DNA of 64,000 nt from Eledone cirrhosa (GCA_964016885.1 OZ024743.1:171244001-171308000), one strand, 5' to 3'; counted from the first letter of the stretch, positions 47,861 through 62,865 are shown. Program-made: numbers and translations. The notes: generated by a model not told the origin, from the sequence alone.

Positions 47861-48014
47861 ATGTAGGAGGTGAGTTTTATTGTAGAACAATAAAACTATG
47901 CATATATCGGATAAGTAGCACTCAACAGTTTATTGGACTGGAGTATATATAAGAAGAAATTAAAAGATTGTTAAAAAATTTCATTTCATCTTATATATAT
48001 ATATATATATATAT

Positions 48015-48785
48015 ATTGAAACAAAATGAAAACGAAATTTCATTTCTCACTCTTAGTATGGCACTTACTTAAATGTAAGTATGCATGTACACGTACATAC
48101 ATATATGTATACAGACGTACAGTAGCATGCACATATATATATATATATATACATATATACATACATATGCATACAGGTACACATACATATATGTATGTAT
48201 CAGTTTAGCGGCGCTTATTATAACGTCGCTTTGTTCGTTTGTAAACAAACTGAACAGCCTGAATTTATGCCATACGGTGTTAAGGCAACCACGTCATACA
48301 TACTTACATTTAAGTAAGTGCCATACTAAGAGTGAGAAATGAAATTTCGTTTTCATTTTGTTTCAATTTATCGTTTTCGGTATGCCTGACCGATTTAACT
48401 CACTCAATATGCAAATTAGGCTGCTCAGCCGTTAATTTTCATAAGGAGAGTATATACTTTCGAACGTTCAACTATCTGGCAGATGGGTAAACGGTGCTGA
48501 TGATAGCTAACAAGCTTGAAACTAGTACATCGTTCCTGTGTCAGTGTTGAACAAAAAGGTGACGTGGTTGCCTTAACACCGTATGGCATAAATTCAGGCT
48601 GTTCAGTTTGTTTACAAACGAACAAAGCGACGTTATAATAAGCGCCGCTAAACTGATACGTGCATATATGTATGTGTACCTGTATGCATATGTATGTATA
48701 TATGTATATATATATATATATATATGTGCATGCTACTGTACGTCTGTATACATATATGTATGTACGTGTACATGCATACTTACAT
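48015..48785 (+). mobile_element. Family B HHR element: permuted ~480-nt unit plus inverted arm
   Basis: ATACTTACAT at 48300 and ~48776; 48015-48296 is an inverted copy spanning the unit junction. Confidence 0.8.
48490..48534 (+). ncRNA. Canonical minimal type I hammerhead ribozyme
   Basis: AACGGTG-CTGATGA-T-AGCT-AACA-AGCT-T-GAAA-CTAG-TA-CATCGTT. Confidence 0.9.
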
Positions 48786-49001
48786 ATATATATATATATA
48801 TATGCTACAATTAGGCTTAATTAATACATATAAAATATATATCGATTGAGTTTCTCAATAAAAACGGTGTTTAGAAATTTATAGAAATTTTTACCATCTT
48901 AGAAATTAGTTGTTCTGTATATATGTACAAAATATTAGTAGTTTCTCAGTTGATAATATCGATATATATTCTTTTATATATCGTTTAAATCTGTTGTATA
49001 G

Positions 49002-49061
<60 letters not shown>

Positions 49062-49084
49062 ATATCTATCTATCTATCTATCTA

Positions 49085-51114
49085 GCGGTTAGCAACGAGG
49101 CTCGTGCTTGTCGTCGAGAACCTGGTGGGAAAAGCTCAAACGTATGCAATTCCAACTATGTCCATACACGACAACCTCCACCTCATGCGATACATCATAG
49201 AGAGGGTGGGGTGTAAAGCCGGCTTCGATTGGGCTCTGATCAATTTAGATCAGTCGAAAGCGTTCGATAGAGTCGACCGTCGATATTTGGAAGCGGTTCC
49301 CAAGGCGGCAGGTTTTGGACCCGTCTTCAGAGGCTGGATCACAGCAATGCACACCAACATCTGCTCGATGGTCAAGGAGCCGTTCGCAATCACGCGTTCC
49401 ATCCGACAAGGATGCCCTCTCTCCTCCATTCTGCACGTATTGACTCTAGAGCCACTACTGCGGAAGCTGGAGCTTTTGCAGGGCACCCCGTTGGAACCGG
49501 GACTGCGGAAAGCGGCGTCGGATTATGCCGACGACGTGACAGTAAAGGTGTCGAAAAGCTCGTAAATCAGGGCGATCGGCAACTTACTGCAGGAATACGA
49601 AAGGCTCACAGGAGCACAACTGAACTCGGACAAATCTGTCGGTTTGAAACTAGGAAAGTGGAGAGGCAAACCGATGCCATCCGACAGCGTCGTCGGATGT
49701 TGGACGGAAGGACCGGTGAAATTGCTCGGGGTCTGGTTCGGTCCGGACCTCCAGGTGGAGAAAAACTGGAACGAGATCACGGCCGAGTTATTTGCGCTCA
49801 CCTTGAAGTGGGCAGAGTGCAAACTATCCTTGAAAGGTCGAGCGGAAGTGGCGAACACTTTCATAGCGTCCGTCATCTACTACCGCTTGACCCTCGTGCC
49901 TTGTGCCCGTGAATACCTCACCAAGATGGAATGCATGCTCTTCCAGTTCCTTTGGAAGAAGCAGGCTCCACTGGTGAGGAGATACGTCTGCTGTCAGCAC
50001 CCTTCCAACGGAGGGCTGGGAATGCCGTGGCTGATGATGCGCAAACACGCGCTGAGGCTACGGCAGCTCCAGGTATTCCTCACCGACCAACCGGTGTGGG
50101 CACCGTTTGTGAGACAGGTCTTCCCGCAACTTGCCTCGCTGACGGAGCTGCAGTCCTGGGTCAAGTGGAGACCGTAGACATTGAATGCGCTCAGGCGCTC
50201 ACAGTCCACTGTCAAGCGGGCACAGCAATCAGTGGAGACTCAACTTCGACATTCTATAGAGGGTTAGTACGTTACAAGTGCGACGACGTGCTCAGAGAGA
50301 CTCTGAGCGTCGAAGACGACGAACTCACCAGTCTGTTTGGTAGGACGCTTTCTGCACAACTCCCAAAGGTCCCTGATCTGGCAGTGCTACCGAGGAGCTC
50401 TACCCGTTCGAGACAAGATCTACAGGCATGGACGCCCCGGCAGGGATCCTTCCAAGAGGACGTGTTCAAGGTCCGAGCAGGACATTGAAACCATCCTGCA
50501 CGCAATTGTACACTGCCCGGGCGTAAACGACCTGTGGAACTACGCAGAACAACTGTTGTCGCGTATGGGACAAATCCAGTTGACTGCCGAGTCCGTAGTA
50601 AGGATCAAACCGCCAACTTCTTTCGAAGACGAAAGAGAGGTGGTTTTCCTCTGTATAGTGGCTATGGTAAAAGAGGTTATATGGTGGACGAGATTGAGAG
50701 GACTGAGGACAGATGCCTTTCTCTCCGGACAACAACTTATTTCCTTCTTTAGGTACCCCTTTAGAAGGTGAATCAGAGTGGAGAGAGAAGCACTGCACCC
50801 AGTAAATTTACTAGATGGTGGGTGAATATAGCAAAAATGACCCGAGTGATTGGGCCTTCTCTGTATATAAACCTTTAGGTTGAAGAAGAGAGAAAAAGGA
50901 AGAAAGGAGCACTTGCACAACACGCTCCTGCAGTTGAGGGTTGTTCTAGCTACGGGGTATTAAACCACCCATTTGTAACGTCTCCCCTCTATTGGGGATT
51001 TCCATTGTTAAATTTGTTTGTTAAAAATATATTTTTTACACGATGTATGTAAAATGCCCGGCTTATGACCTGTATTTCCCCTTTTCTTGTGCGCCCTTGT
51101 GGCAAATGAAGAAA
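49085..51114 (+). mobile_element. Tx1/L1-clade LINE, 5'-truncated and decayed
   Basis: [37 protein letters not shown], zinc-knuckle ETILHAIVHCP; flanked on both sides by (TATC)n. Confidence 0.88.
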
Positions 51115-51168
51115 TCTATCTATCTATCTATTCACCTCTTTCTCTGTTTGTCTCCCCCTTTCTCTCTC

Positions 51169-51368
<200 letters not shown>

Positions 51369-51371
51369 CAT

Positions 51372-51404
<33 letters not shown>

Positions 51405-51424
51405 ATGTATATATATACATATAC

Positions 51425-51454
<30 letters not shown>

Positions 51455-51461
<7 letters not shown>

Positions 51462-52144
51462 CGAAAATAAGAAAATTATAAAATTAACTTACTACGTCTC
51501 TCATATTATTGTTCTGCAACCCCATGCATTGAACCACAAAGTTACTAAGACAAAACCTATATATTTGCAAGCATTGGTATGCATCTGTGTGTATATATAT
51601 GTTACTAGATATATTAATTCTTTATAATTATCTCCAAATTATTTGTCGAGCAATATTGGCCAAGACTGCTGCTATGGTAGCAGGCAGGCTGCTGTCTTCT
51701 TAACAAACCACTTTCCACTGATTGACCTCGATATCACATGATTGATTCTTTTTGAATTTGCCACCGACGCAGTAGGCAGTGATTTTCTCAATGGCTAGGA
51801 ATTCAGTCCACGCTTTGCTATTTTCTATCCACTGAATTATTTTTGTATAAGTTCCCAGAGTCCACGCTTTGCTTGGAAACTTAGCTGAGAATAGACTTCC
51901 CTGACGACGAAAGGCTGCTCGATATTTTCTTCGGAAAGTATATTTATTCCCTTTCAGAAACTAATTAGTTGGGAGTGAAATTTTAGTAAGTAAGGTAATT
52001 TTATAATTTTCTTATTTTACGTCTCTCATATTATTGTTCTGCAACCCCATGCATTGAACCACAAAGTTACTAAGACAAAACCTATGTATTTGCTAGCATT
52101 GGTATGCATCTGTGTGTATATATATGTTACTAGATATATTAATT
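51455..52144 (+). mobile_element. Non-coding HHR element (family C): 525-nt unit, ~125-nt terminal direct repeat, short inverted 5' arm
   Basis: ACGTCTCTCATATTATTG... at 51494 and 52019; 51455-51493 is an inverted copy of ~51985-52028. Confidence 0.85.
51895..51976 (+). ncRNA. Type I hammerhead ribozyme
   Basis: ACTTCC-CTGACGA-C-GAAAGG...CCTTTC-A-GAAA-CTAATTAG-TT-GGGAGT. Confidence 0.9.
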
Positions 52145-52171
52145 ATTTATATATATATCTATACATATTTG

Positions 52172-53119
52172 TATTTTTGTTTTAGTCCTATTCATTCTCA
52201 GCCCCACACTCATCGACACAGTCTCAACCTCCTGCATCAAATCCTCTGCCCCCTTCACTGTATTTGTCACCAAAACTATGTCGTCGGCAAAAAAAGCATC
52301 CGATATCTTTTTCACCTTAACTCTCCTGCTCTTAGCCGGTGCTACAGTAAAGCCAGAGTCCTGGTGTTTCTCCAGTGCAAGGCGCATACAATAGTCCACT
52401 ACGATGATAAAAAGGTAGGGAGCCAATGTATCTCCCTGGAGCACTCCAGCCAGTATCTCAAAGAACTCTGTCATCCCATAAGGTTTAATGACTTGGCCTT
52501 TGGTGTTGGTAGAGAATGTTGAGAAGCCAGAGTGGATCACTAATGTAGGCGGGAAGCCGCTAGAATTGATTGAGGACTTCCTGTATTTGGGAGCAAAGAT
52601 TGGGAATACGGAAGATGATGTGGTTGAGAGGAACAGCAAAGCCTGAGCGGCGTGCTACAGCTTGAGATCGGTGTGGAAGTCGGACCTTCGTAAAGACCTG
52701 AAAATCTGCCTCTTCATTGTTGTAGTGGAGTCTGTGCTACTGTATGGGTCTGAGACTTGGACACTAACCAAAAAACTCACTCAGATGGTGGATGGGTGCT
52801 ACACGAAAATGCTGAGGATAGCTCTGAACATTAATCAGTATACACTGAGGATGAAAAACTCAGAGCTGTATGGGAGCCTCCCAAAAGTCAGCTCAAATGC
52901 TCACCGACATCCAGAGTTGACATTGCACTCAGTGCTCCTGTGTGAGCCCCTACATGGACACACTGGAAGAGGAAGACCAACGTTAACGTATGTTGATGCC
53001 CTAAGGACAGATAATGGTCTGTTGGAGACGCAGGACATGGCAGCGATAATGAGGGACAGAGACCGCTGGAAAGATCTCGTCCATGGATCTCGGGAATTTT
53101 ACCCGCCCTAGATAGAGAG
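52172..53119 (+). mobile_element. RTE-clade LINE 3' fragment with 5' inversion
   Basis: Minus 52172-52517: GVLQGDTLAPYLF, FADD. Plus 52518-53111: FLYLG, LLYGSETW, GRGRP. TSD ATACATATTTGT at 52161 and 53120. Confidence 0.88.
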
Positions 53120-53739
53120 ATACATATTTGTTTTGCAAGGTTTTTGATATGAAATCGTGTGTTGAAACAAATATTGTTATATTTGGGGAGGGTCATATTG
53201 TTATAATATTGCCAGAAATAATAATAAAACACACTCACTGTTTGGTTTGTTCGGTTTTCGCTTTTATATCCCTATAGTTAATTTATCGCTTTTATATCCC
53301 TATAGTTAATTTATCTGGCAATCAATGTATATCATTGATTGACCAACGGTTAAAATATAGATATAATTACAAGGTAAGAAGCAAGTAAGCTAATCAGGAG
53401 GAGAGAAAGGTATGCAGATTACTAGCCAGTAGAGAGAGAGAGAGAGTTAGTGTGCTCAATGTATATAGGTTGCTAGACTAGTGAGCCATGCGATTAGATG
53501 GAAAGAGAGATAGTTTAACAATCGTATAATAAGCAGAGCAAAAAATCATATTTAAAATGCTGTAGAGAACAACAAAGATTTATGAATACATATATATATT
53601 TAATGATATACCTCAACATAACAACCATATACATATGTATATATCTAACTTTAACTCTATTCCTCCAAAACTTACTACATCCTCACCTATACCTCCTAAT
53701 ACTATATCTTCACCTAAACCATCTACGCCTCTTAACACC

Positions 53740-54380
53740 AATTGTAATTGTAGAATACCGAGCAATTGCCCGCTTAAAGCACAATGCCTTAGTAGTAAAA
53801 TTAGTTTATAGGTGCACTATCAATACGTCTAGCGACAGGAAAACGTACAGTGGAGCCACCGCTAACCCTTCCAAGACACGGTTTAATGCCCACATACATT
53901 CTTTCAGAAATAGCTTAAAATCTTCAACTTCTCTTGCCATACATATACATAATCTTACACTATCGAAGGCTGAATACTCTCTTAATTGTGACATTCTAGC
54001 TAAATCACCCTCTTAAAGACCAACGTGAACTTTGCTTATCTGAAGCGTATTTTATAACATTATCTAAGCCATGCCCAATTAATGATCGAAATGAAATAGT
54101 TATTAATTGCCATCCCTAATTGGCTTACTCTTTTGCTAACTAGACTGTCGACCCCACATAGTTACTCCTAAGTTGGTTATATCTCCCCTTCCCTTATCTT
54201 ACCTATTGTTCTTTTATTTCTAAATCCTCTCCCCTCCTTATACAAATTTTACACTTATGCACTTTACCTACACCTCCTTACTAGTTGTAGCCCCTCCCTT
54301 ATCCTTTCTAAACCTAACTCTTTCCAGATTGAACCTTTTCCCATCCTATACTGTAGTAGTACTTCCAATCCTTAAACCTA
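53740..54380 (+). mobile_element. PLE GIY-YIG 3' fragment (same family as 4077-4690)
   Basis: Near-identical to the reverse complement of 4077-4690. Confidence 0.8.
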
Positions 54381-54427
54381 TTTCCATCTCTCTCCTTTTG
54401 TTTCTTTTAGTCTATCCCCTTTAAAAT

Positions 54428-54614
54428 AATTGTTTCTACTTTAGGCACAAGGCCAGCAATTACCCAGTGCATTACTGGTACTTTATTTTATCGACCCCGT
54501 AAGGATGAAAGGCAAAGTCAACCTCGGCGGGATTTGAACTTAGATCGTAAAGGGACGTAACTATACTGGAAAGCATGGCGTCCAACCCTCTACCGATACT
54601 GCCAATCCACCGCC
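54428..54614 (-). mobile_element. tRNA-derived SINE, full length with TSD
   Basis: CCCTTTAAAATAAT on both sides. Confidence 0.9.
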
Positions 54615-54811
54615 CTTTAAAATAATACTTTAACTATCCATTTCACATTCCCTTATCTAACTATTTATTGACATTTATAATACCTCTTTTTACATTACAC
54701 ACTATTACCCACATACACCTTCGACATTATATCCCCTATTTAATGTAATTATCTTTTAGTATCTCAATAGATTAAATACACTCTAACTAACTCCTGCTAA
54801 TAGTTATTGGT

Positions 54812-55000
54812 GGTGGTTTGGCAGTATCGGTAGTGGGTCGCACAACATGCTTTGTAGCACAGAGTTACGTCTGTTTCTGATCTGAGTTCAAATCCTGCCG
54901 AGGTTAACTTTGCCTTTCATCCTTACAGGTTCGATAAAATAAAGTACCGGTAATGCACTGGGATAATTGTTGGCCTTGTGTCAAAAGTAGAAACAATTAT
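54812..55000 (+). mobile_element. tRNA-derived SINE
   Basis: Same family as 4816. Confidence 0.85.
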
Positions 55001-55369
55001 TACTTTCTTTCTGATGTTTCAACTGTCTTACATTTTCCTATTAATAACTGGTTATAGTTTCAATTCCTCTTTTCTAAACTTATTATTCTTTATTTTTAAT
55101 GTATTCTTAAAATTATCTCAATCTTTTATTAGTCTCCTTCCTTTTCTCATTTTTTAGAATCATTCACTTTATTTTTGGCTAAGCAGCAATACTTAATTAT
55201 CCCTCATTTTCACTAATGATCTCCTTTTGAATCTTATTTACTTTTTCAATTTCAAACCAACACAAAATGGCTGCTATAACTCTTTTTCACTTCCAACCTT
55301 TTAAGGTAAGTCTTTCACTTCAGTGATATGCTTCAGTTTATGAGTTAATACGTTATAATGATTTTTTTA

Positions 55370-55493
55370 GGCTCTGATGATAATATTGACACACTTATGT
55401 ATTTATTCTTAATGGACCTATATCGATTTATATTCGATACCTCAACATCTATGTCCATTCTTACTGTGCCGTATTTGAAACAACTTGTCAGCC
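55370..55493 (+). ncRNA. Type I hammerhead ribozyme with ~95-nt extended stem II
   Basis: GGCT-CTGATGA...(inner AATGGAC/GTCCATT helix)...GAAA-CA-ACT-TG-TC-AGCC. Confidence 0.75.
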
Positions 55494-56399
55494 ATTCAAT
55501 ATATATATGTAATATATATATGTATTATATATATATATGTATTCATAAATCTTTGTTGTTCTCTCTAGCATTGTAAATTTGATATAAATATATATATATT
55601 GTCTATCAAAGTTATTTTGTCACACACCTGTGATATCATCAGTGGTACTATTATGTTTCCTCCCGTTGTATTATAATGTCTACGCTATTTTTATTTATTC
55701 ATTTATTTATTCTTGTCTCTATCTCTGTTTGTGCATGCTTTGCGTGTGTGTTTTCTGTTTGGTGTGTGTGTTCGTGTCTGAGAGTATGTGTGGTTGTATT
55801 CTATCTTTGTTGACTAGTGTGTGTTATTGTACCTGTGTATATTTATATATTTATATTTACCTTAGGTTAGTATTGTGTGTTTGTGTATGGTTGTTGTTGT
55901 TATTCCATTCATTTTCTCTGTTCAACTTTGGTTTTCTGAGTTCTATTTCAGTTGCTTCTCTGATTTATCTCCCTGTTGAGTCATTTCTATATTTAGATAT
56001 TATTTTAATTTCTATGCTGTCTATATTACCAACATGTCTCTGGCGTGTTCGTATGGTACCGGACCGTATTTCTGTTCTTTTAGTACCCCCCAGTGTTGAT
56101 CCATCTCTCTCTTATGTTTCGAGCTGTCTCACCTATGTATGTCGTTGTCATGTACCCTCTCTAAATCTCATGCTATAGACTATATTTCTAGTTTTACAAT
56201 TTATTTGAGGATTTATTCTACATATAACACATTCCTTATTCTTACAGTGGGTTTTCTTAAAGGGGTATGTTTTGCTGATCAGGGATTTTATGGTAGTTCT
56301 TGGTTTTCTACCTCATTAATCTTTATATCCTTTAGGTCCTTTCTAAATTGGTTAACTAACCCCCCCCCCCCCATGGGCTGCATCCACGAACATGACACT

Positions 56400-59350
56400 C
56401 TGGTATCTCTGGTTGTCGTACTATGAAGTGGCTTTCCCTATCTTATGTTTAGTCCTATCTATGCTATTCCATGATTTGCTCCTGTACAGTGGGCAAATCC
56501 CCTTCATGTCCATTTCTATGAGAGTCTTATATTTCTCCGTGGCTCCTTTGTACACTCGGATTCTGTCTTTTTGATTGTAGCCAGAGAACTGCATGCAATT
56601 GATCAAGTGTTGGATGTGTCTTTCCATTTCAGTTGGGACGCACATATACGACACATTCTTCATCACTCTTACCAAGTCTGCGATAAGAATATTAAACTGA
56701 GTTATAAATAGAATATATTGCTGAGTTTTTTAGTGTAAGGTATTTGGAGGCCATGGATTTAGCGTAATGTGAGTGGAAAATTTGGGTTTTCTCGTTTATA
56801 GTGTTTAACCAGAGTTCAAAGTCTAATACTGGTAGTCTATCGTTAGGGTATTTGGAAGGGAAGTCAATAGTTACAGTTATGCTCTGGTGCATGGAGTAAG
56901 CTATCTGCTGGATGCTCTCCATTGTGTTAGTTTCTAATTAGGGTTTATTGATACTCTTTTGTGGGGGTGTTTTTATTGTTATATTGATATTGTCTAGGTA
57001 ACGAGAGTATATGACGAGGGCTAGGAGATCCCTGAGTCTCCTCTCCACCATACCATAAATAGATTGCTAATATCGCCAGCTATGCTGACGCCAATGGCCG
57101 CTCCCTCATCCTGGGTGTAGATTTTCTCATTAAATTTAAACATGTGGCCCTTTAGGGTACTTTTAATACTAGCCCCTACTGAATGTGCGATCATTTTTCT
57201 CACCTGATCGTTGTTCTTGTGTGTCCGTATAGATTTGGTCCATCCATTCCTTCTTCCTATGGGAGTCTTTTTAGCCATTGAAGTTATGGTGGAGGTTCTA
57301 CCTCTTATAGGTCTACTGGGGCAGAAACTGCTAAAGTATTCATTGACGTATGTAAGTCTAAGTAGGAGGCCCAGTTCATCTGTGTCAACGTCGCAGAACT
57401 CTACTTCACTCTCACTGATTATTTCCACACATTTTTCCACAGCAAAATCAAAGTCAATGGATGGGTACAGAGATAGTACATCCATACTGCCTATTATGCA
57501 GTTAGTTAAGTTTATGTTGTTGTTTCATTCATTGACTCTACTGAGGAGGACCTCTCTGCTGTCACATGTATCTGGAGACATCTTAATTATGGGGCGTATA
57601 ATCATAGAGAAGAAGTAGGTGATCCTGTAGTTATTGGCAATATTGGCTCCGCATACAGGCCTTGTTGGTGGTCCTGTCATAGGGTCCTTAGTTGTTTTAT
57701 GATCTTTGCGGAGTCCATACAAGGGTGGTATGTCGTTGTTAGGCGCTTGGCAATTATTGGCTGTGCATCTACTTGGTCTTAGAATGTCGGTCCACATCAT
57801 GTCGGTCCTCATGTGTCTATGGTGTTGTTTCGCTCGTGTTGATGATGAGGGGTTGCATAGCCTTGATGTAGTTTGGCATGCTGTCTATTGCCATCCTACC
57901 GGATTTGTCCGTAGGTAGACACACTACCGCACCATCCCTTGTGCGCTGCATGAGGCTAAGAAGGCCTTCTACAGGTTTTCTTCCAAGTTGTTGAATCTCT
58001 GGTCTGTTTTCTCTCCTAGTATATTGGTCTACTACCTGTCTAAGTTTATTTATAGCTATGGTAAACTGTGTCTCTGCTTGGTCATCTATTTGTTGTGGTA
58101 TAAAAACCATTTTATTAAAGGATAATCGAGTGGGGTAAATTTTGTTCATCTTGTATGTTTTGTCAGCTGGGTTGAAGAACAGATTCTCTAAAGCGTTGTC
58201 ATTAAATCTATCGTTATAGTTGTGTGTACTATTATTATTGTTATTATAGTTGTTGTTGTTCCTACTGTTATCGTTGTTCTTGCTATTTCTATTGTGGTTG
58301 TTACATGTATTGTTGTTATGTCTATTGCTGCTATTATAGTTGTTGTTGTTGTTCTCTCTCTTGTTATCTTTGTTGTTACTGATATATCTATTGTGGTTGT
58401 TACATGTATTGTTGTTACGTTTATTGCCGTTATTGTTGTTGTTGTTGTTGTTCTCTCTATTGTTATCGTTGTTACTGTTATTTCTATTATTATGGTTGTT
58501 ACATGTATTGTTGTTACGTTTATTGCTGTTATTATATTTATTGTTGTTGTAGGGCGGTGGATTGGCAGTATCGGTAGAGGGTCGGACGCCATGCTTTCCA
58601 GCATAGTTACGTCCCTTTACGGTTTGAGTTCAAATCTCGTCGAGGTTAACTTTGCCTTTCATCCTTACGGGGTCGATAAAATAAAGTACCAGTAATGTAC
58701 TGGTTAAATGCTGGCCTTGTGCCAAAAGTAGAAATAATTATATTTATTGTTGTTGTTCTCTCTATTGTTATCGTTGTTCCTGTTATTTCTATTATTATTT
58801 CTACCTCTCCTGCTGTCCCTGTTGTTATTGTTATGACTATTATCATTATAGTCGTTATATCTATAGCCGAAGTTTTTATTGTTGTTACCACTTTCGTTGT
58901 TATTATTACCGTTCGTATTCTTGTTATTTTTGTTCGTATTCTAACGGACTTTAGTGAAGGACCTTTTAATTTCCGACAAGCATCGTACTGGGTTTACCTT
59001 GTTATATATAGTGAACTTTGGTGGTAGTTGTAGAATATGTTGTTCTTATTCGCTGGTTATAGTGTTATCATAGATGTGTAGTGTATGGTCTTTGGTAAAC
59101 ACTTTAGGTAATATGACATTTGCCATATGAAAATTGTCAATTTTGTCGGGATATTTTTGTAAGTTTTCTTGTTTCGTTTCCTTTTCTTTTTTGTCCTTCA
59201 GCCATCTGAATTTTTTATCAAAATGTTTTTTACATTCGTTTTGAGCATATTTTGTTTCATGTCGAAGTTTATTTATCTCGTTTGGTGTGGTGAGATTTTG
59301 AATTTTCTTAACATTAACGCGTTTCAGGTTGTAAAGTTGGTTCATTTTTT
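56400..59350 (-). mobile_element. Decayed long PLE-type RT element with Asn-rich N-terminal repeats
   Basis: PTDKSG, LYGLRKDHK..GPPTRPVCGA, DVLSLYPSI, GAAIG, SRYLDN, LPVLD; 99-bp tandem repeat at ~58230-58550. Confidence 0.75.
58552..58740 (+). mobile_element. tRNA-derived SINE with ~20-bp TSD
   Basis: ATTATATTTATTGTTGTTGT at 58531 and 58737. Confidence 0.9.
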
Positions 59351-59522
59351 TTATGTTAATCTTTTTATATTAATCGTTAACGTGCGTATTACAATTAAAA
59401 ATAATTAAAAAGAATAAAGAATTTACAATTTAAAATTAAGTGTCGAAGAGGTCTGTTCATCTTTCTTTCGCAACACTTGATTTAAAATTTTTCATTTTTA
59501 ATTCTTTTTAATTGTAATATTC

Positions 59523-59570
59523 AACATTTGATAAGATGGTTTACACTGATACATCGAAACCGGTTATATT
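59523..59570 (+). ncRNA. Minimal hammerhead ribozyme, U3-A8 variant
   Basis: AACAT-TTGATAA-GATG..CATC-GAAA-CCG-GTT-ATATT. Confidence 0.65.
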
Positions 59571-59762
59571 CTATATAATTTATATACATTATAAAACTTA
59601 TTTTTAAAAAAGAATTGTTCCTCTCATTTTTTCAATAATGTTACTTTAATGAACCAAAGAAGAAAAAAAAACAACAGATCCTTAAATATATTTCCCGTGG
59701 TATTTCCAATTCCACTTTTCTCTATAACCCCTGTTTTGTATAGAACTTTACTCCATTTTCAA

Positions 59763-60637
<875 letters not shown>

Positions 60638-61096
60638 AATACATATATATTTGTTGTTGTGTTTCAATAATGCCACTGGTATAAATATGAGAAATCAACT
60701 GTCAGTAAATCTTTTAAAACTAGGATATACGAACATTATAGAAAGAAATGAACTGTTGTTAAGAAGAAGAAAAAAAGAACAAAGAAACATTTCCATGAGA
60801 TTGAAATATATAATTTAATAGGTTGCTTACCTCCAGATTAACCACGGTACGTGTGTTTGTGCCAGAGCTTCTAATAACATTTCTTTTTCAGAGGCCACAT
60901 TTGTATGGCGGGTTTGGTTCCACATGAAATCCCATTCACGGGCACTACCTTGTCTTATGCCAATAGTGTAGATGATAGTGGCCAAATCCGACGGCAAACT
61001 GTGAAGAATATTAGCAAATTAATACCAGGGTATACAAACACACACACATACACACATATGCACATACACACGCATTTATATATCGATCAAATATTT

Positions 61097-62055
61097 AATT
61101 GTTTCTAATTTAAGTACAAGATCAGTAATTTGGGAGGAGGGGACAGTTGTTTAAATCAACGTCAGTACTAAACTGGTACTTTATTTTATCTATCTAAAGT
61201 TGACCTCTACGGGATTTTAACTCAGAAAGTCAAACGCTCTAACGAACCTGTCAGTCCATTGTTCTTATAGATTAAATAATCTATACTACATGAGGCGTTT
61301 GGCCTGGTGGTGTTGGATTCACAATCGAAAGTTCTTGATTTCGATTTCCGAAACGCACGACGTGTTATGTCTTTGAGCAAGACACTTTATTTCAGGCTGC
61401 TCCAGTTCACTCAGCTAAAAAAAGGGTCACGATGTCACTGGCAACAAGCACTATCGGCCTAGAGAGAGCAGACTTGTATGCATGGGTCACTACATGATCT
61501 TCCACAAAACATTTTACTCAGGCTTGCCTCCTGAAGAGGTGCTATTGAAGAGGTACTAATAAAGAGATACTATTGGAGACGTACTACTTATTATCAGTCA
61601 TGAACGAAGGGACCTTTATAATTTGTTACTTATTCTCACCAAATTTGAAGGGGTTCATGATCATAGCCATCAATTAGCAGGTAATTGGCACCACTGAATT
61701 CAAGGTGTGTGTTGGGTCAAAGAAGCCCTGACGTTTATGTCAAGGCTAACTTCAGTATGGAAGGGAAGCAGTCAATTAGTTGTATGTATGCATGGAAATC
61801 TAACATCTGATGGAGTCGTAGGAGTGCCGTTCTGGGTATTTTAAAACCCAGGTTTTAATGTAGTCGATCCTTTCCAGAGAAGAGGAGAGAAGTCGAGAGA
61901 AAGAAATATGGAAGAAGGATCGACCCCAGTATTCAATAGGATGAAAGACAAAGTTGCCCTCGGCGGGATTTGAACTCAGATAGTGCAGAGTGCTGAAACG
62001 AATGTCACAAAGCAGTGTATCCGACGTTCTAACTACTGAACAAATTCGCCGCCTC
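61097..62055. mobile_element. Old SINE relics (61097-61245 -, 61293-61420 +, 61919-62053 -)
   Basis: Degenerate B box and core motifs; GTCTTTGAGCAAGACACTTTAT in the middle relic. Confidence 0.5.
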
Positions 62056-62865
62056 GTTTGGTTGTATACCAATAGTTTATTGGCGCGGATTTATCAACAT
62101 GTTCAGAATAATAGGTAAAGTAAAAGCAATGAGGATTTTTAGTCAGAACAGTGAAGGTATATATTTATTGTTGTTCATTTAACCCTGTCGCCTCAGATTC
62201 TTCTCGACCATATATATATTGAGCCGACAATAGAAATAATAACTAAATCTTCATCAAAATCGACGTCAATGTTTTAGATAAGTTATACAACATTAGATAA
62301 TATATTCATAAATACCCGTAAAAATAAGGGAACGTCACGGATGGAATTCTTTTGATCATAGATTTGCTTAAGTTGACAAATTCGTAATATTACTGGCTCC
62401 CAAGAAAACATTATTAAGAACAATTAATAAGTTTGACGACAAAATAATGTTAATCACTCAATTTTAAAGTGACACTACATTTTATATTAGACAATCACCA
62501 TGGTATAGTAATAATTCAATTTCTTCAAAACATTCATTCCTTTTCAACTGTGATATCTTTCTTTTCGTATAGTTTATTTCCGTCTGATATTTCTTTAACT
62601 ATTGATCTTTTATATGTTTTATTGATTGCGTAATAGCTGTTATTGTCACAAGACATAAATCATTATCCTACATAGAACTGACTTTTGATATATTAAAATG
62701 TATACATAAAAAAGAACGATACCATACCGTTCAAAAGCGAAACAAACAGTTATATTTTTACATCTACGGAATCCAGATTGTAACGAACTACGACTATAAA
62801 TATGTTAGCCAACTGACTGAATCCACCCATTTATGTTAAAGTGTTTATATTTATCTAATAACGGT

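Noticed and set aside
55590-55648. Minus-strand CTGATGA with TCAC/GTGA hairpin
   Set aside because: G12 is missing (AAAA) and stems I and III are poor; at best a dead HHR
58188-58695. Thr/Ile-rich and Val/Ile-rich 'membrane protein' ORFs
   Set aside because: Alternative frames of an AAC/AAT-rich tandem repeat that run into a SINE
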